Assembly: GCA_038087875.1 (NCBI GenBank)
Contig: CM075988.1
Span: 8,060,001-8,124,000, forward strand
DNA length: 64,000 nt
Origin: Malacoraja senta
Taxonomy: Eukaryota
Direction of reading: 5' to 3'
Part shown: positions 12,368 to 23,327 of the stretch, piece by piece
Position numbering within the stretch: the first letter of the stretch is position 1
Layout: each line of letters starts with the position of its first letter
The notes under the pieces: model-generated
Database searches by the model: none
Seen by the model: the letters and a program-made list of their open reading frames with translations, nothing else
Told to the model about the DNA's origin: nothing
Program-made: the position numbers and the translations under genes

Positions 12368-12870
12368 AGAGACAAAAAAAGCCGGAAAATCTCAGCTGGT
12401 GAGGCAGCATCTATGGAGAGAAGGAATTGGCGGCGTTTCGGGTCGAGACCCTTCTTCAGACTGTTGTTGGGGGGGGGGGGGGGCAGGAAAAAGAGAGGAA
12501 GTAGGTGGAGACAGTAGGACTTGTGGGAGAACTGGGAAGGGGAGGGGCAGGAGGGAGAAAGCAAGGGTTATCTCAAATTAGAGAAGTCAATGTTCATACC
12601 GCTGGAGTGTAAACTACCCAAGTGAAATATGAGGTGCTGTACCTCCAGCTTGCGCTGGGCCTCACTCTGGCAATGGAGGAGGCCCAGGACAGAAGGGTCA
12701 GATTGGGAATGGGAAGGGGAGTTGAAGTGCTGAGCAACCGGGCGATCAGGTTGGTTAAGACGGACTGAGTGGAGGTGTTCAGCGAAACGATCGCCGAGCC
12801 TGCGCTTGGTCTCGCCGATGTGGAGAAGTTGACATCTGGTACAGCGGATGCAGTTGATAGTTGAGATGAG
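12368..12870 (-). mobile_element. Penelope-like element fragment (GIY-YIG endonuclease plus pLTR)
   Basis: CIRCTRC.LLHIGETKRRLGDRFAEH...HFNSPSH...E..LIF.LGSLH.SGMN. Confidence 0.9.
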
Positions 12871-13101
12871 TATCGGAGACATAGTTAATATAAAGGTAAG
12901 ACTGGAGCGACATTAAGATAGAATGATCTGTTGATTGAATTGTGAAGGAGGGTAGGAGGTGGAAACAACACAACACGTGGTCTAATTCTTGTGCAACTTT
13001 CTACATAATGTCACCAATGTTCTGATAATGACTGCACTAGAGGTTCGTTAAGGCTTAGCGCTGCTACTAATTATCTAAAAGTACTTTACTACTTTTAATA
13101 C

Positions 13102-13410
13102 CGCACGGTAGCGCAGCGGTAGAGTTGCTGCTTTACAGCGCTTACACTGTCAGAGACCCAGGTTTGATCCTGACTACGGGTGCTGTCTGTGCGGAGTTTG
13201 CACATTCACCGTGTTACCCCGTGGGTTTTCTCCTCGATCTTTGGCTTCCTCCCACACTCCAAAGGTGTACAGTTTTGTAGGTTAATTGGCTTGGTGCAAA
13301 TGTAAATTGTCCCTGGTGTGTTTGTGTGTGTGTGTGTGTAGTATTGTGCGGGGATCGCTGGTCGGTGTGGACTCGGTGGGCCGAAGGGCCTGTTTCTCTA
13401 AACTAAACCT
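13102..13410 (+). mobile_element. HE1-type SINE ending about 80 bp upstream of an exon
   Basis: Consensus blocks with internal (TG)n. Confidence 0.9.
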
Positions 13411-13490
13411 TCTTGAATTGTCTCATAACACTTGTATATGAAGCTTCTGGTTATGGGGATCGCTGAACCAAATACTTTCTTCTTTTACAG

Positions 13491-13903
13491 ACATTTTACG
13501 GACATCCTGTCCACATTTGAAAGACCGTTCTCACCTCCCCATACGTACGGGTACATCTGCGGCCCGCAGCTCTCCGACCTGGAAATGGACATGGCGGACT
13601 ATGACGACGAGGATGACGACTTGGACATGGAGGTTGCCCGCGTGAACTCGCACCGATACTTCCACCGGCTCTGCCGCACCCCGACCTCCAGCCTCAGCGA
13701 GTGCGACAGCTCCCTCGGGGGCTCGTTGGCCAATGGCTGGGGCTCGGTGTCCGAGGACAACTTCACCAGTGCCCGCTGCAGCATGGTCAGCTCCTCCGAT
13801 GGTTCCTTCCTCATGGACGCCAACTTTGCCCAGGCCCTGGCCGTGGCAGTGGACAGCTTCTGCTTTGGGCTGGCCCAGCCCGAGAGAGAGACTCCATACA
13901 CAG
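13491..13903 (+). CDS. ROBO4: ROBO4-like conserved cytoplasmic exon (PFSPPHTYGYICGP...GSLANGWGSVSEDN...SSSDGSFLMDANFAQALAVAVDSFCFGL)
   Basis: Robo signature motifs; ALAVAVDSF.FGL is the ROBO4-type version; acceptor ttcttttacag, donor G|gtacac. Confidence 0.93.
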
Positions 13904-13952
13904 GTACACCTCAGTGGGACTATGTGTGCCAAACGTCACATTGGGAACGAAC

Positions 13953-14340
13953 TTTAGTTTAGAGATACAGCATAGAAACAGGCCCTTCGGCCCACTGAAC
14001 CCATACTGACCAGGGGTCACCCCTTACACTAGTTCTATGTCCTACGCACTTGGGACAATTTGCCAATTATCCTGCAAACCTGCGTAGAAATGAAACGCAG
14101 GAGGAATGAAACATCTGCGATTCCTTCTCTCCAGAGATGCTGCCTACCCGCTGAGACTCCAGCACATTGTGTCTAAAATACAAACCTGTACGTCTTTGGA
14201 ATGTAAGAGGAAACCGGAGCACCTGGAGGAATCCCTGTGGTCATGGGGAGAATGGGCAAACTCCGAACAGCAGCTGTAGTCGGGATTGAACCCAGTCTTT
14301 GGCGCTGTGAAGCAGAAACACTACCGCTGTGCCACTGTGC
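13953..14340 (-). mobile_element. HE1-type SINE interrupted by a pLTR fragment
   Basis: Consensus blocks split at about 14085-14180. Confidence 0.82.
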
Positions 14341-15225
14341 AGTACATTGGGATTTGTTGTTAGATTCTGAGGTGTAGCCAAAAAGACCAGACCACGTCCT
14401 ATCCCAATAGGTCCAGTGAGGCTCAGTGGCTGATACTGTAGCCTAGGGGTGAGGTGGTGATAGTTTCAATACCATTCCAATGCAGAATTCTAAAGCAAGG
14501 GGGGGGGGGAGGGAGGAGACCACTTTGCCTTTTGTCCTGTTAGCTCTTTGGAGAGCTATCCAATTAGGACCGCAGAGAATCCTAGAATCATACAACATGG
14601 TAATTGTTGGTATTCTGGCTTGCCTGCTTTGGCTCACATTCCTCTAAACACTATCCATGCATCAGTCAGTGAAAAGATGATCTGCTGAAAATAATTACCC
14701 GGGCATATTTCAGTGTGATTTACGGCCAAGTAGATTTTTTGCATTAAGTGCAAAATTTTGCCCAACATTTTCTGTGCAGTCAGACCCCTGAACTAAACAA
14801 ATCTGCAGTTACTCCTGGAGGAAAAGGAAGCGGGAGATTACAATGCAAAACATGCAATCAGCATTATTTCAGAGGAAGTGTCTTTTGAATCAACTACACC
14901 ATGTGATCAGTCTATTTATGGTAAAGCTGTAAATAGGACGTCAAAGCATTTTGTTGAGGCTGCTGTTCTTATTTTTCTTCATTGTAATTTCAGCTCACAA
15001 AATGTCCGAATAATCTACGCATTTCAGTTGCTACAAATAGCCCTAAGCAGCTTCCAGCCCGCATACAAACAAACTCCAGTGTGCTTCAATATCCTACCAT
15101 GCCATGTTGCAAGCCAGTAACTGACCAAGCATTAAAGGTCAAATCTTTATAAATTCATTGTGTGTGAGGGAAAAAAAGACTTAAGCCTGTATTGCAAATC
15201 CTCCATCTTACAGCAGCATCCTTAG

Positions 15226-15227
<2 letters not shown>

Positions 15228-15254
<27 letters not shown>
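15228..15254. repeat. (TA)n microsatellite
   Basis: Direct reading. Confidence 0.95.
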
Positions 15255-15260
<6 letters not shown>

Positions 15261-15542
15261 CAGAGAGTGCAGAGAAATGCATCTGCGTAGCACCTTTCAA
15301 TATCTCAGTAAGTGGCAAAGTGTTTTACAGCCTTTTGGCTCTGTTTCCCTTTTTGCAGATGGTGCCTGACCTGTCAAATAATTCCAGCAGTTTCTGTTTT
15401 TATTTTAGATTTTTATCTATCTCCATTTAAAAAAAAAAATCTATTTTGTTATTGTTATCGTGCAGGAAATATGCCTGACATTTCCCCATTAGGCAAACTT
15501 CCACCAGTGAGGTTAGATGACCAGACAACTAGATGACCAGAT

Positions 15543-15850
15543 GGCACGTCACGATGGCGCAGCGGTAGAGGTGCCGCCTTACAGCGCCAGAGACTAGGTT
15601 TCGATCCTGACTGTGGGTGCAGTCTGTACGGAGTTTGTATGTTGTCCCTGTGACTGTGTGGGGTTTCTCTGGGTGCTCCGGTTTCCTCCCACACTCCAAA
15701 GACGTACATGTTTGTAGCGTAATTGACTTCTGTTAATTGTAAATAGCTCCTAGTGTGTAGTGTATGGGGTGATTTCTGGTCAGTGCGGACTCAATGGGCC
15801 AAGGAGCCGATTTCCATGCTGTATCTCAAAAGACTAAACTAAACTAAACT
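15543..15850 (+). mobile_element. HE1-type SINE
   Basis: Consensus blocks with (AAACT)n tail. Confidence 0.9.
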
Positions 15851-15984
15851 TAATTTGGTTTAGGTAAAACTATTGACCATTGTTCCAGATCTCCATTTCA
15901 AATAAAATAATGAGCTGTTTGTATCTTCATCTAATGTTTCACATTGCTTAGTGTTGCATGGAAATGATAAGGTTGTATCCTTGG

Positions 15985-16182
15985 GTCACTCAACGGGTCA
16001 GGCAGCATCTCTGGTGAACGTGGATAAGTGACATTTTGGGTCGGGACCTTTCTGAAGAAGGGTCCCAACCCGAAACGTCACCTATCCATGTTCTTCAGGG
16101 ATGCTGCCTGACCCGTCCAGTTACACTAAAAGACACAATATACTGCTGTAAAGCAGCATCTGCAGTTCCTTGTTTCTACATC
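15985..16182. repeat. Fold-back palindrome of PLE pLTR
   Basis: cgggtcaggcagcatc mirrored by gatgctgcctgacccg around 16050. Confidence 0.82.
16052..16079 (+). ncRNA. Minimal hammerhead ribozyme core in a PLE pLTR
   Basis: CUGAAGA-A-GGGU.CCA.ACCC-GAAAC-GUC; stem I very weak. Confidence 0.55.
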
Positions 16183-16632
16183 TTGTATCCTTGGGTGTCT
16201 GGGGTGAGATTTTAACTTTATAACACGATGGGTCTTTTGAGTAGTGAACGATTGCAACTGTTTCTAGAGGTGTGGGTGAACTTGATTGGTTTCCCAAAGG
16301 AGATGTGGATAGACACATGATGGGATTTCAAACCTGAATTAGTTTAGTTTGGTTTAGTTTAATGTACAGAGGGACAGTGAAAAGCTTTTGTTGCGTACTA
16401 ACCAGTCAGAGGAAAGACAATACATGATGACAATCGAGCCTTCTAAGGCGTACAGATACAGAATTGCTGACAGGAACAATTCTCAGCATGGTCTTCACGG
16501 AGACACAGTGGTCTTCTCCCCCACCCACTCCCATACCTCCCCATCCACACCCCCCCCCCCCACACACACACCTGCCTTGCACCCCACATCTTTGTTACTG
16601 ACCCTTTTGAGGCTGCTTTGAAGGTTTTAATT

Positions 16633-16930
16633 TTGTTTAGTTTAAAGATACAGCAAGGCAATAGGCCCTTTGGCCCATTTAATCCGCGCCGACCAGCGAT
16701 CCCCGCATATTAACACTCTCCTACAAACACTCAGGGCAATTTACATTCATAAAAATGCCAAACCTGTAATCTTTGGAATGAGGGAGGAAAACGAAGATCT
16801 CGGAGAAAATCCTCGGTCATGGGGGGAATGTACAAACTCCGTACAGACAGCACCCGTAGATGGGATCGAACCTGGGTCTCTGGCTCTGCAAGGCAGCAAG
16901 CCTACTGCTACACCACTGTACCACCGCACC
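16633..16930 (-). mobile_element. HE1-type SINE
   Basis: Consensus blocks. Confidence 0.88.
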
Positions 16931-17504
16931 GGGTCTTTACAAATGGACTGGATGGTATGCATATCATGATGATAAACCTATTCTTTTGACCTTTGCATCA
17001 GGCCTGTTTTCCGAGCCCTGCACTACAAGGATTAAATGAAACGTAAATGTCCTATTTTATTGGATTGCTTGTCTTCCCATTTAATGGGTAATTGTAAGAT
17101 GCATTTAAATTGGGGTCAGGGTTTATTGGTCATTTTGTGCCGCTCAGAATGGGATATTTACAGCTACATTAAGCTTTGTTCCGAGCATGCGCCATGGAAA
17201 TGCTGATTAGGCAACAGATAGTGGTCCAATTAATTAAATCTGCTCTCTGTATCCCGTCTGCCCAGGTCTCGCTCAGCTCTATGCTTGAGCAAAGTGATGA
17301 TACAATCCTCACAGGAGTTGTGCGTGCTTCAAGCTGCCCTGTCTAGTTTACACGCATTGGTTTACGATTAAAATGGCATTGATTGTGGAGAGAGCGTTCC
17401 TCAATGGCTTACTGAGCAAAGGTCCTTCCCCAAGGAATACACTGCCATATGGAGCAGCGTAGGCCAGGTTCCCTATTTCAGCTGAGTCAGCAGTTGAAAT
17501 GTAT

Positions 17505-17957
17505 TTAATTTAGAGATACAGCTTGGAAGCAGGCCTTTTGGCCCTCTGAGTCCATGCCGACCATCGATCACCCACTCACACCAGTCCTATTTTATCCCAC
17601 TTTCTCACCAACTCACATAAGGGCAATTTACAGAGTCCAATTAACCCAAAAACCCAAACATCTCTGTGATGTGGGATAGATTGATTTTGAAAGATACTGC
17701 ATGGAAGCAGGCCCTTCAGCCCACAGAGTCCACACCGACCATCGATCACACATTTAAACTAGTTCTATGTGATCCCACTCTTTGCATCCTTCAAACATGG
17801 GGCCATTTACAAAGGCCAATTAACCGACAAACCTGTGGGATGTGGGAGGAAACTGGAGCGCCAAGAGGAAACCCACGTGGACACAGGGAGAACGTGCAAA
17901 CTCCACCCAGGCAGCATCTGATGTCAGCATCTCTACCAGCTGTGCCACTGTGCCGCA
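17505..17957 (-). mobile_element. Two adjacent HE1-type SINE copies
   Basis: Two tails (about 17505 and 17690) in the same orientation. Confidence 0.8.
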
Positions 17958-18484
17958 CTGATCCCAATTTAATCCTGACCACAATTTAAATGGATTTTAC
18001 AATTACCCAATAAATCATGATATTTAGGAGCTAAATTTCTGATCCAGCCTAAAATCCTTGTTCCCTATTAAATACCCAGTTCTCATGAAACATCACCCTT
18101 CTGAAACTGCCTTGGTAAAGCGTTCCCTCTGCGTTCCTTTGTCTCCCTGCACCCTTCCCTTGCCCATGTGTTTTGTTTGCCCCCCCATGCTCCTTTATCT
18201 CTTGCTCCATGCACTTCCCCTCCTATATGTATCCTCAGCCGCTATGTGCGTGTGTGAGTGTGTGTCCACACTCAATTCCTAGGCACAGGTATTTTTCCAG
18301 GAGCAAGTGAGCAGAAATAAGCCCTCAATGATAATTGTCTTCCCTTGTCTCTACTCCATGTGTCTCTTACGCCATTCATATTGTCAACCTTTGGCCTCTG
18401 TGGTTACATTCTCACCTATCACCTCTATTTTAATGTCTTCCTAGTATTTAAGTCTGATGGTCTGCCCTTGGTCAACTATTTGCA

Positions 18485-18862
18485 CCTCTCGGACCAGTCT
18501 CACCCCAGCCACTCCCTCTTATCCCGTCTCCCATCAAACAAGAGGTACTGAAGTTTGAAACCAAATACCTCCATAGTCAGAGGCAGTTTCTTCCCAGCTG
18601 TTATCAGGCAACTGAACCATCCTATCACCAACTAGAGAGTGGGACTGACCTGCCATCTACCTCATTGGAGACCTTCGAGCTACCTTTAATCAGACTTTAC
18701 TGGACCTTATCTTGCACTAAATGTTATTCCCTTTATCCTGTACCTGTACTCTGTGAATGGCTAATTGTGATCATGTATGGTCTTTCCACTGCCTGGATTG
18801 CATGCGACGAAAAAGCTTTTCGCTGTACGTCGGTACGCGTGACATTAATAAACTAAATTAAC
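18485..18862 (+). mobile_element. Rex1/Babar-type 3' end
   Basis: gtttcttcccagctgttatcaggcaactgaacc...gtacgcgtgacattaataaact; related tails at about 27090-27280, 39575-39660 and 54290-54525. Confidence 0.65.
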
Positions 18863-18956
18863 TGGTTGAATGCATTAGTTTTCAATGATGTTGAGCATGT
18901 TCCATGCTGTAAAATGGTATTGCTTGAATCTAATCCATTTGTTTCTCCAATTCTAG

Positions 18957-19226
18957 CTCTCTCTTCAACCTCCTTTCTGCCGAACACCTTCCCTGACAAT
19001 GTGTCCTACAATCCAGAGGGTTCAGGATCAGAGGTCATGAGTGTGTATCCGGAATCTGACCCGGCTCCGATTTGGGATTGGAATCTGTCTTGGGCAGATG
19101 AAATAGAAGACAAAATCGCACAGAAGGTGGAAATTGCAAGGAGGAACCCAATACCCCTTGAAAATGGTCCCAACAAACCCTTCAGGAGTCTATCCGACCA
19201 ACAACAACAGGACAAGTGCACCACTG
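18957..19226 (+). CDS. ROBO4: ROBO4-like penultimate exon (ALSSTSF...APIWDWNLSWADEIEDK...KCTT)
   Basis: Acceptor tttctccaattctag, phase 1-1; PIWDWNLSWADEIE matches ROBO4 PLWEWRPDWLEDME; donor G|gtacaa. Confidence 0.85.
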
Positions 19227-20097
19227 GTACAAGCATTGTGCTGCTTAATGTCGAGATCCATTCATTGAGCGGGGACTTAGAGAGAATTCCAAACTTGTAG
19301 ATTGCTGGGCTCTCATCATGGCATGGGTCAGGGGTTTATGGTAGAGAATTCGTAGCCTCCAGAAATAGCCTTAAATCAAGAACTGAGGGCAGAGTGAGAA
19401 AGTTAGACAAATTATAATCCCTAGAGCAGCATTTCCAGGTAAATTGTTTGTACTTAGGGTTGACAAATCCCAGGGTCCTGATTGAACCACCCTAACGTCT
19501 TAAAAGAAGTAGTCAGTGAGATGTGTTGGTTTTAAATTTCCAAACTCCCAAGACTCAAGAGTATTTTATTGTCACATGTCCCAGACAGAACAATTACATT
19601 TTCACTTGCAGCAGCACAACATAGTACTCTGTAAACATTATAATAAATGAGAAAAGAAAAGTTTTAATAGCTTGATGGCTGTAGGGAACATCTCTGGCTC
19701 TGGGCACCAATCCATTACATTGGAAAATAGCAAAGGCAAATTCTTCATTCAATAAGAGAGAGAATCACAAATTGGGGTAACCTCAGGCCACTTTGATTAT
19801 AGAGGCATGGTCTCCAGCTGCTAGTTTACCAAACAAGACACAAAGTGCTGGAGTCATTCAAATGTTCAGACAGCATCTCTGGAGAATATGGATAGGTGAC
19901 GTTTCAGGTCGGGACCCGTTCTCGGGCTAGTTTAATATCAGTGATTGGAAAAAATGTAGAAGTTATCGCTATTATGATGTTAAAAATGATCACTTTGAAT
20001 AGAAGGTAATCAGGCAGTCTGCAGGGTATTGTGAAAAAGACAATAGTTCAGTCTGACAAGAGGACTCGACCCGAAACCTCACCCATTCCTTCTCTCC

Positions 20098-20855
20098 TCC
20101 CCCTCACCTTAAACTTATGTTCTCTGGTTCTTGATTCCTCTACTCTGGGTAAAAGACTCTGGGAAACCACTTATATATGGTCTTGTACACCTCTGTAAGA
20201 TACCCCTCAGCCTCTTGCACTCCAAGAAACAAAGTCCTAGCCTGCCCAACCTCTCATTTTCTCTCAGGCCCTCAAATCCAGGCAACATCCTTGTAAATCA
20301 TATCCACATACTTTCTATCTAGATAGAACCTTCCTAGATAGAATCCTTCCTATAGCAGGGTGACCAAAAACTGAACACATTACTCTGTGTGGCTTCACCA
20401 ACGCCTTGTACAACTGTAACATAACATTCCAACTGCTATACTCAATACCCTAGATAGACACAAGAAGCTGGAGTAACTCAGTGGGACAGGCAGCATCTCT
20501 GGAGAGAAGGAATGGGTGACATTTCGGGTCGAGACCGTTCTTCAGTCTGAAGAAGGGTCTCAACATGAAACGTCACCCATTCCTTCTCTCCAGAGATATT
20601 GTCTGTCCCGCTGAGTTACTCCAGCTTCTTGTGTCTATCTTCAGTTTAAACCAGCATCTGCCGTTCTTTCCTATGCATACTCAGTACCTTGACTGATGAA
20701 GGCCAATGTACCGAAAGCCTTCTTGACCATCCTATCTACCTGTTTTGCCACTTTCAGGGAATTATGTACCTGGACTCCTAGATCCCTCTGCTCTCCAATA
20801 CTCCCCAAGGCCCTGCCATTCACTGTGAAGGTTCTGCCCTGGTTGGACTTCACTC
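20098..20855 (-). mobile_element. CR1 fragment interrupted by a PLE palindrome
   Basis: EQRDLGVQVHNSLKVA.QVDRMVKKAFGTLAFI. Confidence 0.85.
20452..20678. repeat. Near-perfect fold-back palindrome of PLE pLTR inserted in a CR1 fragment
   Basis: About 95-bp arms centred on T20546 (ttcag-t-ctgaa). Confidence 0.92.
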
Positions 20856-22116
20856 ACCATTCTCAGCTCACATGCCTTCATTGCATGACACTCCTTCAAT
20901 CATTATTTTCTGTCAGTCGGGAGGCAAGTGTAGATCAAAGGGATCTTTGCCCCCCCCCCCCTCTCCCATCTCCCAAGTTATTAGCAGCAAGTTTTATAGT
21001 TAGAGGTAGATTTATAGTTAAAACAAAAGAATTGTGATACCATAGCAACCATCCATCTTTGGTTTTCTCCTCATCCTTTCTTTGCTGTGGTATTATGCAC
21101 TAGTCGGCCAGTTTTAGTTTGATGCCTCTTGGTAAAGATCCAATATGACAAGATAGACATTGCAAAAGTAGAGATTGGCAGGTACTTGATTAGTACGGGC
21201 GTCAAAGGTTATGGGAGAAGGCAGGAGAATGGGATTGAGATGGAAAGATAGATCAGCCATGACTGAATGGCAGAGCAGACTAGATGGGCCGAGTGGACTA
21301 ATTCTGCACCTATGACTTGTGACCCACACAAACCATTGATCATCCGTTCACACTATTTCTATGTTATCCATTTTTGCATCAATTCCCTACACTCTAGAGG
21401 CAATTTACAGAAGTCAATTAACCTTAATCTTGGGGATCTGGGAAGAAACCGGAGCACCTGGAGGAAACCCACACGGTCACAGGGAAAATGTTCAAACTCC
21501 ACACAGGCAGCACCCGAGGTCTGGTCAGGATTGAACATGTGTCTCTGGTGCTGAGAGGCAGCAACATGACCAGCTGCGCCACCTGGCTGTTGAAGAAGAT
21601 AATTCTGCCTAGAATGCTTATGCGATTCCTACAGAGTTTTTTTTAGAGATTATCATCTTTTTTTAAACAAGCCAAGATTGCAAGTTGATGGAATCATAAA
21701 ACAATGTAGATAGGCGACTGTGTAGAACTTGTTTCACTTGAAGTACAATGGACTAATTACGCTGTGCAGATTTGTAACAAAGGCTTGATTCAGATAACTC
21801 ATCTCTAACAGTGTTTATTGATTTGTGATTCACGGAAAGGACATTTCACTAGTATTAAATGGGTTATGAGCAGGGTAAAAGATTATAGCAAATGCAATAT
21901 TGATTTTTACTTTAGAAATACAATGGATAGCACCAAAGTAAGTTACAGTATGTTGGCCTTTATAAGGATTGTAATAATGAGCAAGCAAGAAATAAATTGC
22001 ATTCAAATAGCAACTTTTATGACCACAGGTTATTCCAAAATCCTTCACAGCCAATTTAAACTTTTGAAGTGTAGTCAGCTGAAGCTTCTAATGCAAACAG
22101 ATGAGGCTATTCCTTA

Positions 22117-22640
22117 AGGGACTGTCCCACTTGGGCAACCTAATTGGCGAGTTTAGATGAGTTTAGGAGAGTTTGAAAAAATGTCATGTTGAAGACCTCC
22201 TTCGACTATGTTGAAGACTAGCTACGACTAACTTCGGGAAAATTGGACACCGAATAGTGGGGAGTGAAGATGACCTCCTTCGACCTCCCTTTGACCTCCC
22301 TTCGACTATGATGAAGACTATCTATGACTATCTTCGACTACCCTCGATTACCTACGATTAATATGCCGACCTACTATGTCCTACTACGACTAAACCTACG
22401 AGTTAAAAAAAGTATCGATTTTTTTTCCATGGCGACCTGTTTTTACTCGCTAGCATTTTTCAGCATGTTGAAAAATACGCCGCGACCTAGCTGAGGCCTC
22501 GAGTACACGGGGACCACTCTCGAGCATGAAGGAGAGTTACAAAGACCTCCTACGACCTGGTGTCGACCATGCTGCGAGTATGAGTTGAGGGCAAACTCGC
22601 CAGAACTGGCGGATTGGGTCGCCCAAGTGGGACAGCCCCT
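22117..22640. mobile_element. PIF/Harbinger-type MITE (524 bp)
   Basis: TIR AGGGACTGTCCCACTTGGGC / GCCCAAGTGGGACAGCCCCT; TTA TSD on both sides. Confidence 0.88.
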
Positions 22641-23148
22641 TTAATGTCTTAGCTAGAAAACAGTGCACGGAACTGTGAGGCTGCTCATTCAGACATTTGT
22701 GAATTACACAAGACAAGGTAATGGGAGACTATTCCAATCAATGGGATTGAGATCCAAGCAAAGATAGATCCTTCAAGTTAAGAAGAGGGAAATGTAATCC
22801 TGTTGTTGCTTTCGGTAGGAGGATCGGAAGAGTCATTCATTATTGAAATTAACTCCAACTCACTAGTGGGCCGCTGAGAACGATGGGGGACTTGGCAGGT
22901 GGGGGGGGCTGCCAAGAACAAACGGATCGAAGGGGAACGCCCGGGGTGGCGGTGCTTGAAAGAAAGAAGGACGGGGAGGGTGCGGGAGGCTGCCTCATGC
23001 GGTAGCAGGCAGTAGATAGCAATGTTCATACTTTTGTAACTTTATCAGCGCCAAAGGTTGTATGCAAAACAAAGCCCAGGTACATGTGACAATAATGTTT
23101 AATTCATTCATTCATTCATTCGTTCATTCACTCGTTTGTGTTTTGTAG

Positions 23149-23327
23149 ATGTATACACCTCCGGGCTGGATATGCAGGTGAACCCTACTCTCAGTGCGGT
23201 ACACGTGTCCTTTGCAACAGTTGGAGCTCCGGTGCACAAGAGCTTTGCCGTGAGGAAGAAGGTGGAAAAAGTTGGACTGTTGAACTTGCCAGTGGATGCT
23301 GATGGTCTCACCATGGTTAAAGTTTGA
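23149..23327 (+). CDS. ROBO4: Probable ROBO4 terminal coding exon (DVYTSGLDMQ...DADGLTMVKV*)
   Basis: Acceptor tttgtgttttgtag; phase-compatible (G+AT = Asp); open to TGA; followed by unique UTR-like sequence; no recognisable protein motif. Confidence 0.65.

Noticed and set aside
13531-14020. Antisense and alternative-frame ORFs over the main exon
   Set aside because: By-products of the exon's high GC content
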